This document shows, piece after piece, positions 17,412-26,800 of a stretch of DNA of 64,000 nt (its first letter is position 1; every line of letters begins with the position of its first letter). The stretch lies in NCBI GenBank assembly GCA_012837705.1, contig DUQQ01000073.1:9017-73016 (forward strand). Direction: 5' to 3'. The DNA comes from Hydrogenispora sp. (lineage in GTDB: Bacteria > Bacillota > UBA4882 > UBA10575). The notes under the pieces were generated by a model. That model was given only the letters and a program-made list of their open reading frames with translations. It made no database searches and had not been told where the DNA came from. The position numbers and the translations under genes are program-made.

Positions 17412-17719
17412 TAGCCTTCAATGGCAACGACCCGTAAACGGGTATACGGTTGGCGATGGCCATACCTTTTGCGAATGTTCTTCTTTGCTCTGTACCGGAA
17501 AACCAGGATTTTCCGGGCTTTATCCTGCTCAACAATCTGCGCCTTTACTTTCGCCCCTTCCAGATAAGGGGTTCCGACTTTGGTCTCGTCGCCGCCGATG
17601 AGCAAGACCCGGTCCAGCACTACCTCTGAACCGACATCGCCTGGTATTTTTTCCACATTGAACTCGTCACCGGCCTGAACCCGATATTGTTTCCCGCCGG
17701 TCTCAACAATCGCGTACAT
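17411..17719 (-). CDS. rplU: 50S ribosomal protein L21
   Basis: MYAIVETGGKQYRV... starts at ATG 17719, with GGGAGGTG 6 nt upstream. TAATG stop/start overlap with prp. Confidence 0.95.
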   Translation of the reverse strand: MYAIVETGGKQYRVQAGDEFNVEKIPGDVGSEVVLDRVLLIGGDETKVGTPYLEGAKVKAQIVEQDKARKILVFRYRAKKNIRKRYGHRQPYTRLRVVAIEG

Positions 17720-17848
17720 CAAATGCACCTCCCGCTTAGACTCGCCAGTCTTTGGCACCATCTGGTTTACTAAAGCCAAAACTGTGCGGTTGAAACAGGT
17801 TTAAAAACCCACAACTAGTATAATACCATCAGCCGGGCTTCCTGTCAA
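17720..17848 (-). promoter_or_regulatory. rplU promoter (TTGACA-N17-TATTAT) plus structured L21-leader-like 5' UTR
   Basis: On the minus strand the -35 TTGACA lies at 17848..17843 and the -10 TATTAT at 17825..17820. The resulting UTR of about 90 nt contains a GUGGGUU/AACCGCAC stem. Firmicute rplU operons are known to carry an L21 leader element. Confidence 0.55.
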
Positions 17849-19512
17849 TCTTCGATCACGGCTTTGGCGTAGGTTTTAAACATCTTTTGAATTTTCACTT
17901 TAACCCGCTGACCGACAAAGCGTCCGCCGTCTTCGATGTCAATTATATAACCTTCCAGCCGGGCAATACCATCAACCGGGTTGTTTAAGTGGGGTTCGAT
18001 CACGTCCACTTCCAGGCGATCCCCCTCTTTTACCGGAAGCGCCAGGGATTGAATATAATCCCTTTGGCCAGCGGCAATGATCCGGGCTTCCGGCGAGGGA
18101 ATCTCCTCTTTACCCCGGATAAAAACCGTCTTCTTCACCGCCTTTTCCAGCGCACTTAACCGGTTACCACCGGGACCGATCAGGAGCGCCGCTAAGGCAG
18201 TATTCACTCCGATCAGTAAGGCCTCGTCCCTGGGGTGATCAGCACACAGCTCAATGATCCGCCGTTCGGCGCGGGCGGCTTGGGTATCTAAAGAATATTT
18301 ATAACCGGTCCCCTCGCAACAGGAACATGGTTGTTGTAACTGTTCCCGTAGACTGGGCCGGGTTTTTTTTCTGGTCATCTCTAAAAGGCCGAGGGAAGTA
18401 AAGCCTAGAATATTCGTTTTCACCTTGTCCTTCTGTAGTTCATTGGCGAGGCAATCCAGGACTTGCTTCCGGTTTTCTTCATCACACATATCAATGAAGT
18501 CGATCACAATAATGCCACCAATATTGCGTAAACGGATCTGGCGGGCGATCTCCTTGGCGGCCGCCAAATTGGTGTGCAAAACCGTATCTTCCAAACAAGT
18601 GGAGCCGGTATATTTCCCGGTATTAACATCGACCACCGTTAGCGCTTCAGTCTGATCAAAAACAAGGTAAGCGCCGGACTCAAGCCAGATTTTCCGCCGA
18701 AGGGCCTCTTCGATCTGCTGTTCAATGCCGTAAATGGAGAAAAGCGAGTTCCCGGTAAACAGTTGCACTTTACTCCGGAGATGAGGTCCTAAAAAGGCCA
18801 GTAAATCTAGGGCTTTTTCGTAAGTAGAAAGATCATCAATGATTAGCCGGTCCACCTCGGTGGTGAACAGATCCCGTAAAATCCGGTAGAGCAGATCATG
18901 ATCGTGGAAGAGTAAGGCGGGCGTTGGTCCTTTTTTGGACCGTTTTACAATCTTTTGCCACAGATTAAAGAGGAAGTTCCGGTCTGCTTCTAACTCTTCT
19001 TCCGCCAAGCCTTCAGCGGCGGTCCGAATTATCATCCCCATCCCCTTTGGTTTGAGGTTCAGGGCGATCTTTTTCAACCGTTCCCGCTCCTTTTCATCTT
19101 CGATCCGGCGGGAGATCCCAATATAATCTACAGTTGGCATTAAAACCAAATACCGGCCGGGGATGGTTAAATTCGTTACCACCCGGGCTCCTTTGTTACC
19201 CATCGGTTCTTTGACCAATTGCACGATAATCTCCTGGCCTTCCCGGAGAAGGTCGCTGATCGAAGCAGAACCGTTATCACCGGTCTCCGGATGGAGATCA
19301 TCAATGAAAAGAAAGGCGTTTTTTTCCATCCCAATATCAATAAAGGCGGCTTGCATTCCGGGTAACACGTTTTCCACTTTTCCCCGGTAGATGTTGCCGA
19401 TGTGTCGTTGGGCGGTATGACTTTCTTTAGAAAGCTCAACCAGCTTTCCATCTTCGAGCACGGCCATCCTGGTTTCACTGGGGCTCACATTAATTAAAAA
19501 TTCTTTCGCCAT
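17845..19512 (-). CDS. rng: Rne/Rng-family ribonuclease (RNase G/E-like)
   Basis: 555 aa with an N-terminal S1 domain (GNIYRGKVENVLPGMQAAFIDIG) followed by an RNase E/G catalytic core (VVDVNTGKY, IIVIDFIDM). Confidence 0.85.
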   Translation of the reverse strand: MAKEFLINVSPSETRMAVLEDGKLVELSKESHTAQRHIGNIYRGKVENVLPGMQAAFIDIGMEKNAFLFIDDLHPETGDNGSASISDLLREGQEIIVQLVKEPMGNKGARVVTNLTIPGRYLVLMPTVDYIGISRRIEDEKERERLKKIALNLKPKGMGMIIRTAAEGLAEEELEADRNFLFNLWQKIVKRSKKGPTPALLFHDHDLLYRILRDLFTTEVDRLIIDDLSTYEKALDLLAFLGPHLRSKVQLFTGNSLFSIYGIEQQIEEALRRKIWLESGAYLVFDQTEALTVVDVNTGKYTGSTCLEDTVLHTNLAAAKEIARQIRLRNIGGIIVIDFIDMCDEENRKQVLDCLANELQKDKVKTNILGFTSLGLLEMTRKKTRPSLREQLQQPCSCCEGTGYKYSLDTQAARAERRIIELCADHPRDEALLIGVNTALAALLIGPGGNRLSALEKAVKKTVFIRGKEEIPSPEARIIAAGQRDYIQSLALPVKEGDRLEVDVIEPHLNNPVDGIARLEGYIIDIEDGGRFVGQRVKVKIQKMFKTYAKAVIED

Positions 19513-19523
19513 CCAAACACTTC

Positions 19524-20204
19524 CTAAAGAACCTTCCGGCGCCTCTCTCCAGCTTTAAAACTTACCGCTGTTCTTCTCCGCTGTTCAATCTGAAAAGCGG
19601 CTACCAACAAGGAATCAAAATCGTCAGGGCGAATTGTACCCTGCGGGCCAAAGGCCACTTCAAAGTGGAAAAGGATCAGCCCATCATCCTGAAAGTTGAG
19701 TTCATAAGCTTTCCAGAGCGGTCTGATGTTCACCGGTTTTTCGCCCTGCTTTGTTTTTTTCATGACCAGCAGTTCGGGACGGGACCATAGGGAGGCAAAC
19801 CACTCTTCAACTTGAGCGTCGGTGAGCGGTTTTTTCCGCCGCAACGCAAACTGGTAAGAAATACTGGTGGTTGCCGCCATTAAGGACGGGGTCTTCGGCG
19901 CTAACTTCCAAACGGTGTGCACTTCCATCCCCGGCGGAAGATGTTGCGCTAAAGCCTGCTTAACTTCTTCTTCCGGTAAGGCACGGGTCAGCTCCAGATC
20001 AAAATACTCGGCCTCACTTTCGACCCCCAGGGGAAGCGGCGGACCAAAGGACAGGATTGGTTTAGGGTGAAAACCGGCCGAATAGGCGAGCGGTAAACCA
20101 GTCCGCCGTAGGGTTCTGGTCAGCATGCGCAGGACATCCAGGTGGGAAGTAAAACGGGCAATACCTTTCTTACTATATTTTATTCGATACGTAATCTTAT
20201 TCAC
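19524..20204 (-). CDS. DUF2344-type 'radical SAM-linked' protein (TIGR03936-like), function unknown
   Basis: 226 aa. The N-terminal pattern RIKYSKKGIARFTSHLDVLRMLTRTLRR matches my recollection of this family. 8-nt overlap with the upstream radical SAM gene. Confidence 0.7.
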   Translation of the reverse strand: MNKITYRIKYSKKGIARFTSHLDVLRMLTRTLRRTGLPLAYSAGFHPKPILSFGPPLPLGVESEAEYFDLELTRALPEEEVKQALAQHLPPGMEVHTVWKLAPKTPSLMAATTSISYQFALRRKKPLTDAQVEEWFASLWSRPELLVMKKTKQGEKPVNIRPLWKAYELNFQDDGLILFHFEVAFGPQGTIRPDDFDSLLVAAFQIEQRRRTAVSFKAGERRRKVL

Positions 20205-22098
20205 CTCCTACCAGTCGGGGGCGGGCTTCCAAGTGGGGACAAACTCCACAGGTTGTACAGTCCTTTCGTGTCCGGCAGTCCAAGGTCAACTTCTCCTCCT
20301 CCGCCCTTTGGTCCTCGCGGCGTAAATAGTCCTTCTTCAGCCCGGTGCTTAAATGGTCCCAAGGCAAGATCTCCTGGTAGGAACGGGCGCGGAGATAATC
20401 TTCCACTTTTAGCCCGGTTGCGGACAAGGCTTGCTGCCAAAGATCCCAGCGGAATTGATCGGGCCATGAATCAAAGGTACATCCTAGCTCCCAGGCCTTG
20501 GCCAAGGCTGACCCTAACCGGCGGTCGCCGCGGGATAAGACCCCTTCCAACTGACTTAAAGTGGGATCATGCCAAGAGAACTGCAACCCCCGTCCGACCA
20601 AGCGTTCTTGTAAGAAGTCTTGGCGGCGTTTTGTTTCCGCCAGGGAAAGCTGGGGACGCCACTGAAAGGGTGTATGGGGTTTGGGCACAAAGGTTGAGGC
20701 ACTCACCGTCACCTGTACCCGGCCAGCTTTTGGTCCGTGCAACCGGCGACCAACAGCCAAAATTGCGCGCGCCAGTTCCACTATCCCTTGGAGGTCCGCA
20801 TCGGTCTCAGTCGGTAAACCAATCATAAAATAGAGTTTCAACCGCTGCCAGCCCGCGGCAAAAGCGGCCTCCGTCGTCTGCATAATCTGTTCATCGGTGA
20901 GATTTTTATTGATTACCCGGCGTAAACGTTCGGTTCCTGCTTCCGGCGCGAAAGTAAGACCGCCTTTCCGTTCCCCTTGAAAACGGGCGGCCAGTTCCGG
21001 GGAGAAGGAATCAATCCGCAGCGAAGGTAAGGACAATTTTACATTCTGCGCCGCAAAACAGTCGGTCAAGGAGGCCATAATCTCCTCGATCTTTGTATAG
21101 TCGGCACTGCTTAAAGAAGTCAGCGAGATCTCTTCATAACCGGTTCCGGCAATTATCTTCTGTAAATATTCAGTCAGGACCGCGGGCGAACGCTCGCGGA
21201 CCGGCCGGTACACCATTCCCGCCTGGCAAAACCGGCACCCCCTGGTGCAACCGCGGAAAAGTTCAACCATCGCCCGGTCGTGGACCGGTTCTAACCACGG
21301 TACCAACTCTTTTTGGGGCAGGTAGGCCTGGTCAAAGTCGCGAACGATCCTTTTCTGCACAACCGGCGGAGCTGGAGGAAGGGGAGTTACTGCGGCAATT
21401 TGTCCTTCATTTGTATACTCCACGGTATAAAATTCGGGTAAGTACACTCCCGGAACTTTAAGTAGTTCTTGCTTAATATCCGGTTTTGACCAGCCCTTTT
21501 CTTTGGCGAGGGCAACCAGCTCCAGAATCTCGAGGACGGCCTCTTCACCTTCGCCCAATAAGAAAAGATCGAAAAAATCGGCCAATGGTTCCGGGTTAAA
21601 ACTACCGGGTCCACCGCCGATGATCAGCGGATCCTTCTCACCCCGTTCTTCTCTTTTTAATGGTATTCCCGCCAGATTCAACATATTCAAGATATTCGTA
21701 TAGCTCAATTCATATTGCAAGGTAAAGCCGATCAGATCAAACTGGGCAAGGCTCTTCCGGCTTTCTAAAGTAAAAAGGGGTAATTGGGCTTTACGTAATT
21801 CTTGCTCCATATCGGTGGCCGGAGCATAAACCCGCTCGGCCAGATAGTCCTCTTCTTCATTGATCAGGTGGTAAAGGAGGCGTAAACCAAGATGGGAAAA
21901 GCCGATCTCATAGATATCGGGAAAGGCCAAGGCAACACGGACCTTAACCTGATCCCACGGCTTAACCACGGCGTTTAATTCCCCACCGGTGTAACGCGCC
22001 GGTTTTTCCACCCTTTCCAAAATTCTGTCGTAATCTCTAATCTTTGTTCCCTCCTGCTGGTAGTGGTTGGTAGTTGTTTTGTCCCTTGATCGCTTCAA
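20197..22098 (-). CDS. Radical SAM enzyme with N-terminal B12-binding-like domain (TIGR03960-like), function unknown
   Basis: Canonical CxxxCxxC cluster motif (FRGCTRGCRFCQAG) and the N-terminal VEKPARYTGGE signature. The start is uncertain: TTG 22098 overlaps spoIVFB by 62 nt (see findings). Confidence 0.8.
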   Translation of the reverse strand: MKRSRDKTTTNHYQQEGTKIRDYDRILERVEKPARYTGGELNAVVKPWDQVKVRVALAFPDIYEIGFSHLGLRLLYHLINEEEDYLAERVYAPATDMEQELRKAQLPLFTLESRKSLAQFDLIGFTLQYELSYTNILNMLNLAGIPLKREERGEKDPLIIGGGPGSFNPEPLADFFDLFLLGEGEEAVLEILELVALAKEKGWSKPDIKQELLKVPGVYLPEFYTVEYTNEGQIAAVTPLPPAPPVVQKRIVRDFDQAYLPQKELVPWLEPVHDRAMVELFRGCTRGCRFCQAGMVYRPVRERSPAVLTEYLQKIIAGTGYEEISLTSLSSADYTKIEEIMASLTDCFAAQNVKLSLPSLRIDSFSPELAARFQGERKGGLTFAPEAGTERLRRVINKNLTDEQIMQTTEAAFAAGWQRLKLYFMIGLPTETDADLQGIVELARAILAVGRRLHGPKAGRVQVTVSASTFVPKPHTPFQWRPQLSLAETKRRQDFLQERLVGRGLQFSWHDPTLSQLEGVLSRGDRRLGSALAKAWELGCTFDSWPDQFRWDLWQQALSATGLKVEDYLRARSYQEILPWDHLSTGLKKDYLRREDQRAEEEKLTLDCRTRKDCTTCGVCPHLEARPRLVGGE

Positions 22099-22933
22099 TC
22101 TTTAGGTTAAACAGATTGTCCTCGTTTATCATGCGTATCAATTCATCTTCTGTTACTTCACCTAAAATTTTACCATGTTTGTCAACCAAAAAGAAGAGAT
22201 GATAATCTTTACCGTTTAAAAAAGGGAGAACTTCACCGACTTTTCGCTTGGCATCAACAATCCAGACTTTAGTTGGAAGAAGTCCTTTCGTCTGCAATAA
22301 AGCCGCGCGCTTGGATTGTTGCGCCAGATAGGAATAGAAATGATTGTTTTCCCGTTCCGCAAGCAGGAGGAAAAAAAGGACCAAAGGAAATTGGATGGGG
22401 ACTATTTTTTTTAGACTCAACCAAACCAGGGGGGGACCCGCCAGATAAACGAACACCTTTGTCCAGTTCTTCACATAAGCAGTTGCTTTTTTGTATCCTA
22501 GTTTACGGGCCAGAAACGAACGGAGGATTCTTCCTCCGTCCAGAGGAAAAAGGGGCAGAAGATTGAACAGACCTAAAGCAAAGTTGATACGGACTAATGC
22601 TCCGGTCAGTGCTGGTAAATGAAGAAAAGCCGCGAAAGCTCGGAGGAAGAAGGCCAGCAGGATACTTTGCAATGGTCCGGCAAGCGCGGTAACCGCCTCA
22701 GTCACCGGATCGTTAAATAACGAGGCTTCCATCCGGGCGACCCCGCCAAAGGGAAATAATTCAATCCAAAAGGTACGGTAACCAAAACTAAAGGCGGTTA
22801 CCAAATGGGCGGTTTCATGCAATAAAACCGAAATAAAGGCGAAAAGCAAGGAGGAAATTTGGCCGGTTAAACCAGCCAGAAAAAAAAGGGGGTACAAAAA
22901 GGGGTTAAGTTTTATCTTAAGCATTAGCGCCAT
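22037..22933 (-). CDS. spoIVFB: Site-2 (M50) intramembrane metalloprotease SpoIVFB-like with C-terminal CBS-like domain
   Basis: HExxH in a TM segment (LLHETAHLV) and the second motif NLLPLFPLDGG. It sits directly after a SpoIVFA-like gene, overlapping it by 10 nt. Confidence 0.8.
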   Translation of the reverse strand: MALMLKIKLNPFLYPLFFLAGLTGQISSLLFAFISVLLHETAHLVTAFSFGYRTFWIELFPFGGVARMEASLFNDPVTEAVTALAGPLQSILLAFFLRAFAAFLHLPALTGALVRINFALGLFNLLPLFPLDGGRILRSFLARKLGYKKATAYVKNWTKVFVYLAGPPLVWLSLKKIVPIQFPLVLFFLLLAERENNHFYSYLAQQSKRAALLQTKGLLPTKVWIVDAKRKVGEVLPFLNGKDYHLFFLVDKHGKILGEVTEDELIRMINEDNLFNLKIEAIKGQNNYQPLPAGGNKD

Positions 22934-23643
22934 ATACCCTGTTCGTCAATGAACTGCCGTGGGTCCACCGGGTAGCCGCCATTGGTGATCTCCCAAAAAA
23001 GCTCCCGGCCGGTGCTGGCAATCTCCTGACCGGGATTTACCCATTCTCCGGTTTTGACATAAACCTGCGGGCAGGGGTAATAGAGACTATGCCAGCCTTC
23101 CCCATGGTCTAAATCCAGTTTCCATCCGCCCTTCTCGAGGGGGATCGCCCTCACCATTCCGGACGCAGAAGCGTAAACCACCGAGTTGGGTGCGGGAAGA
23201 TAACGAATCCGTTCCGGATAAACCTCCCGTCGCTCAAAATAGAAAAGGGGGGAAGAAAGCTGAAGTCCCCGCCTGGATGGAGCCATCGCAGGCTGAAACT
23301 GAACGGTAAACCACGAAGAAACCTCGCTTTTCATCTTAAGCCACTGCTCCCGGGCAAAAGCAGTAATTTTTTCTTCGGTACGCTTTGCTTCACCATAGTG
23401 CAAAACGTGGCGGAAGCGGTCAACCACACCGGTTCCAACCCGCGGTATTTTGCCGATCGCCCATAAGAAAAAGATGATGAAAATACAGACCACAATCTGT
23501 TTTAGGAGCACTGTTTCCAAGCGAGCAAAGGGAGGGGTTTTCGGGCTGAGTGTTTCACTTTCCCCTTCTCCCGTAGCCGCCGGTGACATCGGGATATCAA
23601 ATTCCTTTTCAACCTGTTTCTCCCTTTGTTCACACCGTTCCAT
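22924..23643 (-). CDS. spoIVFA: SpoIVFA-like membrane protein with degenerate M23/LytM C-terminal domain
   Basis: One TM segment (IVVCIFIIFFLWAIG) and a C-terminal beta-rich LytM-like region (GEWVNPGQEIASTG). Its position upstream of spoIVFB supports the call. Confidence 0.6.
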   Translation of the reverse strand: MERCEQREKQVEKEFDIPMSPAATGEGESETLSPKTPPFARLETVLLKQIVVCIFIIFFLWAIGKIPRVGTGVVDRFRHVLHYGEAKRTEEKITAFAREQWLKMKSEVSSWFTVQFQPAMAPSRRGLQLSSPLFYFERREVYPERIRYLPAPNSVVYASASGMVRAIPLEKGGWKLDLDHGEGWHSLYYPCPQVYVKTGEWVNPGQEIASTGRELFWEITNGGYPVDPRQFIDEQGIWR

Positions 23644-23820
23644 GGTTCTCTCCTCATTTTTTCCTTATACCAAAGTTATATGGGACTCTTTTCGATTCTA
23701 GAACAAGCCATTACGCGGAAGAATTAAGATAATAACGCTCTATAAAGAGGAAAAGACCGGATAAAATCGAAAATAGTAAAATAGTCTTGAAGAATGATTT
23801 TTTTGGGCGAGGTGCGATGA

Positions 23821-26800
23821 GTGGGTATCAAAATCGGAATTCTCAATCCTGATGGTCTTGAATTGTGCACCCAAAAAGCATTTGCCGTTCTGATCGATGC
23901 TTTTGCGCAGCAAAATATCAAAATACAACCCTGCTTATATACGGAACAATTACCCCAAGCCGATCTGTTCATTGGCTCCTACGAAAAAAGCCCATTATTA
24001 AGGGAGCTGGTGGCGAAGGAAGAAATCCCACTCCCGTTAACCCCCGAAGCAATTATGATCCAAGAATTAACCATTCAGGATCATACCGCTCTTTGGGCTT
24101 GTGCCTATGATATGCGCGGCCTCCTTTATGTCCTTTATGAATTAGCCGCGCGGATCAACGCCCAATCGGTTCCGGCCTTATACCGACCAGTCTGTGAAAG
24201 TCCAGCCTTTAAACGCCGGAGCGTTCTTCACGTCCTCCCCGCGGCTGGCTTGAAAAAGGGATTGACCTTCTCCCCTGCCTACTGGCGGTCCTATTTTGAA
24301 ATGCTGATTAAAAACCGTTTCAACGGCTTTACCTTAGCCTTAGCCCCTTCTTCCCCAGCGCCGGTCTTTCCCTATTTCTTTTCTATCCCGGAACACCCGG
24401 AGGTAAATCCCTTTCACATCTCTGATGAACTGCGTACAAAGAATATTCAGGCGGTAAAGGCTTTGGGTGAACTCGCCGTCGAAGCGGGTTTAGATTTTCA
24501 TCTTGGGTTCTGGAATTTCTACTCGGGTCAGACGCCCCTTTCCTTCCACGGATGGGGACTGGACGCGGAGAAAGCTGGTTCCTATTTTTATCTTGCCCTT
24601 AAGCAACTGCTCTTTTATTGTCCGGAAATATCCGGCCTTGAGTTTAAGTTCCAGTCACTCCCCTTGGATCCGAAATTCGTTGAGCAGGCCATCGTCCAGA
24701 CGATACAGGATAACGGCGACCAAACCAGGCTGACCTTTCTCGCCAGCCAAGTTTCGACGGAAATTCTAGAGCTCTTGACCGCGGCTGGGATTGATACTGC
24801 TCTCACCAATGAAGGCTGGGGTCCAAAGTTAGGTTTGCCCTATCTTAAAGAAGAGGACGCCAACAATCCTTTCCTGGCTGGTTGCGGTGGAAAGATTACC
24901 CCGGTTTTCCAATTACCAATTCCTTCTCCCCTCCCCTGGGGCGACCCCGATTACCTTTACCAACTACTACCTACGTTAAATAATGCGGGGTATGATGGTC
25001 TGCAGTTAATTGCACCAACCGCTCCTTACGGTGAAAAGACCGCCCTGTTTTGGGATGAAAAAGAAACCCCGACCCACTGGGAGTATGAACGCCATTGGTA
25101 CCAGTTCCACCTGTGTGGCCGTTTAGCTTACCACCCGGGAACCAACGGTGCCGTATTGATCCGCGATTTTCACCGGCGGTTTGGCGAAAAGGGAAACGAT
25201 CTGGCCGCCCTTTACCATTTAACCGGAAAAGTATTACCACTGTACAACACCTTCCATGCCGCCGTGGCCCCGGTGCCGGATCTCAACACCGGTGGTCTTC
25301 TCCCCTTTTACCTAAGGAGACCCACGGCCGACCCGGCCTTGTTTGCCAACTGCCGTGAATATGTCGACGCCACATTAAACCGGACCGAACTTGCCAAGTT
25401 TGCTCCGTCTTCCGTCGCGGCTGAACTCGGCCGGTTAGGCGCGGAAATCATCGAAAAAGTCCAAGCTTTGCAGGAAGTCACCCTCAGCGCCGAGCATTCC
25501 TGCGCTGCCGAGTGGGAACAGACTCTGCTCTGGGCTGAGATTACCGGTCGTTTCGCGCTATACCACTGCGCGAAGATTAAAGCTGCCATTGAATTAGGTT
25601 TTTTCTCCGTAACCAAAAATCTTTATTGTCTGGAAAAGGCCTTGGCGTTCTTAAAGGAAGCCCACCTCTGCTGGGAGAAACTCCCTGCCTCCTGCCGCTG
25701 TTGTGAGCAACGGCTGATGCTTTTGGAAGATGAAAAAAGGATCCGGACTTTGTTGGAAGAATACCGAACAAGAGGAGTTTTTCTGGTTGGCTTTGATTTT
25801 GGTGGTTTTCCGGTTTCGGCGTCGCAAAATGAAATAAACCGGAACGTTTTTCCCGATTATTTTGTGGAAGAAGGTTTCACCTTTGTGCACCAACAGACTA
25901 CTTACGACCCAGACCGTGGTTATGGCTGGCTCAATCCCACTGGATTACAGGCAACGCCCGCTCCAACCGTACGCCTGGGTGAACACGATCTACAGCTCAC
26001 GCCGGAAGCCGAGACCAACCGGCCTTTCTCCCACAACGAGCTCCTCTGCAATAAACTGATTTGGTCGCAAACGACCGCGTCTTTTCAGATTGATTTAAAT
26101 CCGGGCTCTTACCAAGTCCAGCTGACTTTTTGCGATCGTTCCCCCAAACCACGTCGGTACGGACCGATGCGGATTGCCATAAACGACCAAGTTATCGCGG
26201 AAGATTTGGTGGTCGCTCCCGGTCAACGGGTCGACCTGCGCGAAATCGTCGAAGTTACCGCAGGGAAAATAACCCTTACTTTCTCCTGTCCCCCAGAATA
26301 TAATTGGTTTATTTCAGCCCTGACCATTCATCCGGTCGCCCCGCTGATCACCCATACGCCGATTATCACCTGGGAGCGGGGGAAGCCTTTGGTGATCCGC
26401 ACCACGGTAACCGGGATTAATCCCATCCGACAAGTGATCCTGAACTACCAAACCGAAAACGAGCGGGGTTACCATATGGTAATGATGTCACCGGTCTCCG
26501 CCGAGCAATTTATGGCCACCATCCCCACCGTTTATATGGAACAAGGAGACTTGATTAATTATTATATTACTGCCATGGACAGCGCGGGAAAAGAAGTCTC
26601 CCTCGGGAGCTTTGATCATCCGTATCAAGTTACCATCCGTAACACCGGCGGTTATACCCCGGCGATCTTTCATTTCCCGCCCGGACCGGAAGAAAATACG
26701 CTAAAATGTACCGTGCGGCCGGCAGCCGAAGTAGAAAAGGTAATTCTTTATTACAAAAGTACCGATCAGATAATAAATCAGGTAACGTTAGAGCAGGAAA

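Noticed and set aside
20142-20828. Long antisense ORFs opposite real genes. Examples are 20142-20828 (228 aa), 595-1224, 2588-3292, 13984-14607, 30650-31309 and 53840-54382.
   Set aside because: All overlap well-supported conserved genes on the other strand. Their products are Arg/Pro/Ser/Gly-rich low-complexity sequences with no motifs or SD sequences. This is typical shadow-frame behaviour.
23724-23972. Minus-strand ORFs of 82 and 62 aa overlapping the divergent promoter region and the 5' end of the 1047-aa gene.
   Set aside because: They have no SD, lie in an AT-rich promoter region, overlap a much better-supported gene start, and their products show no motifs.
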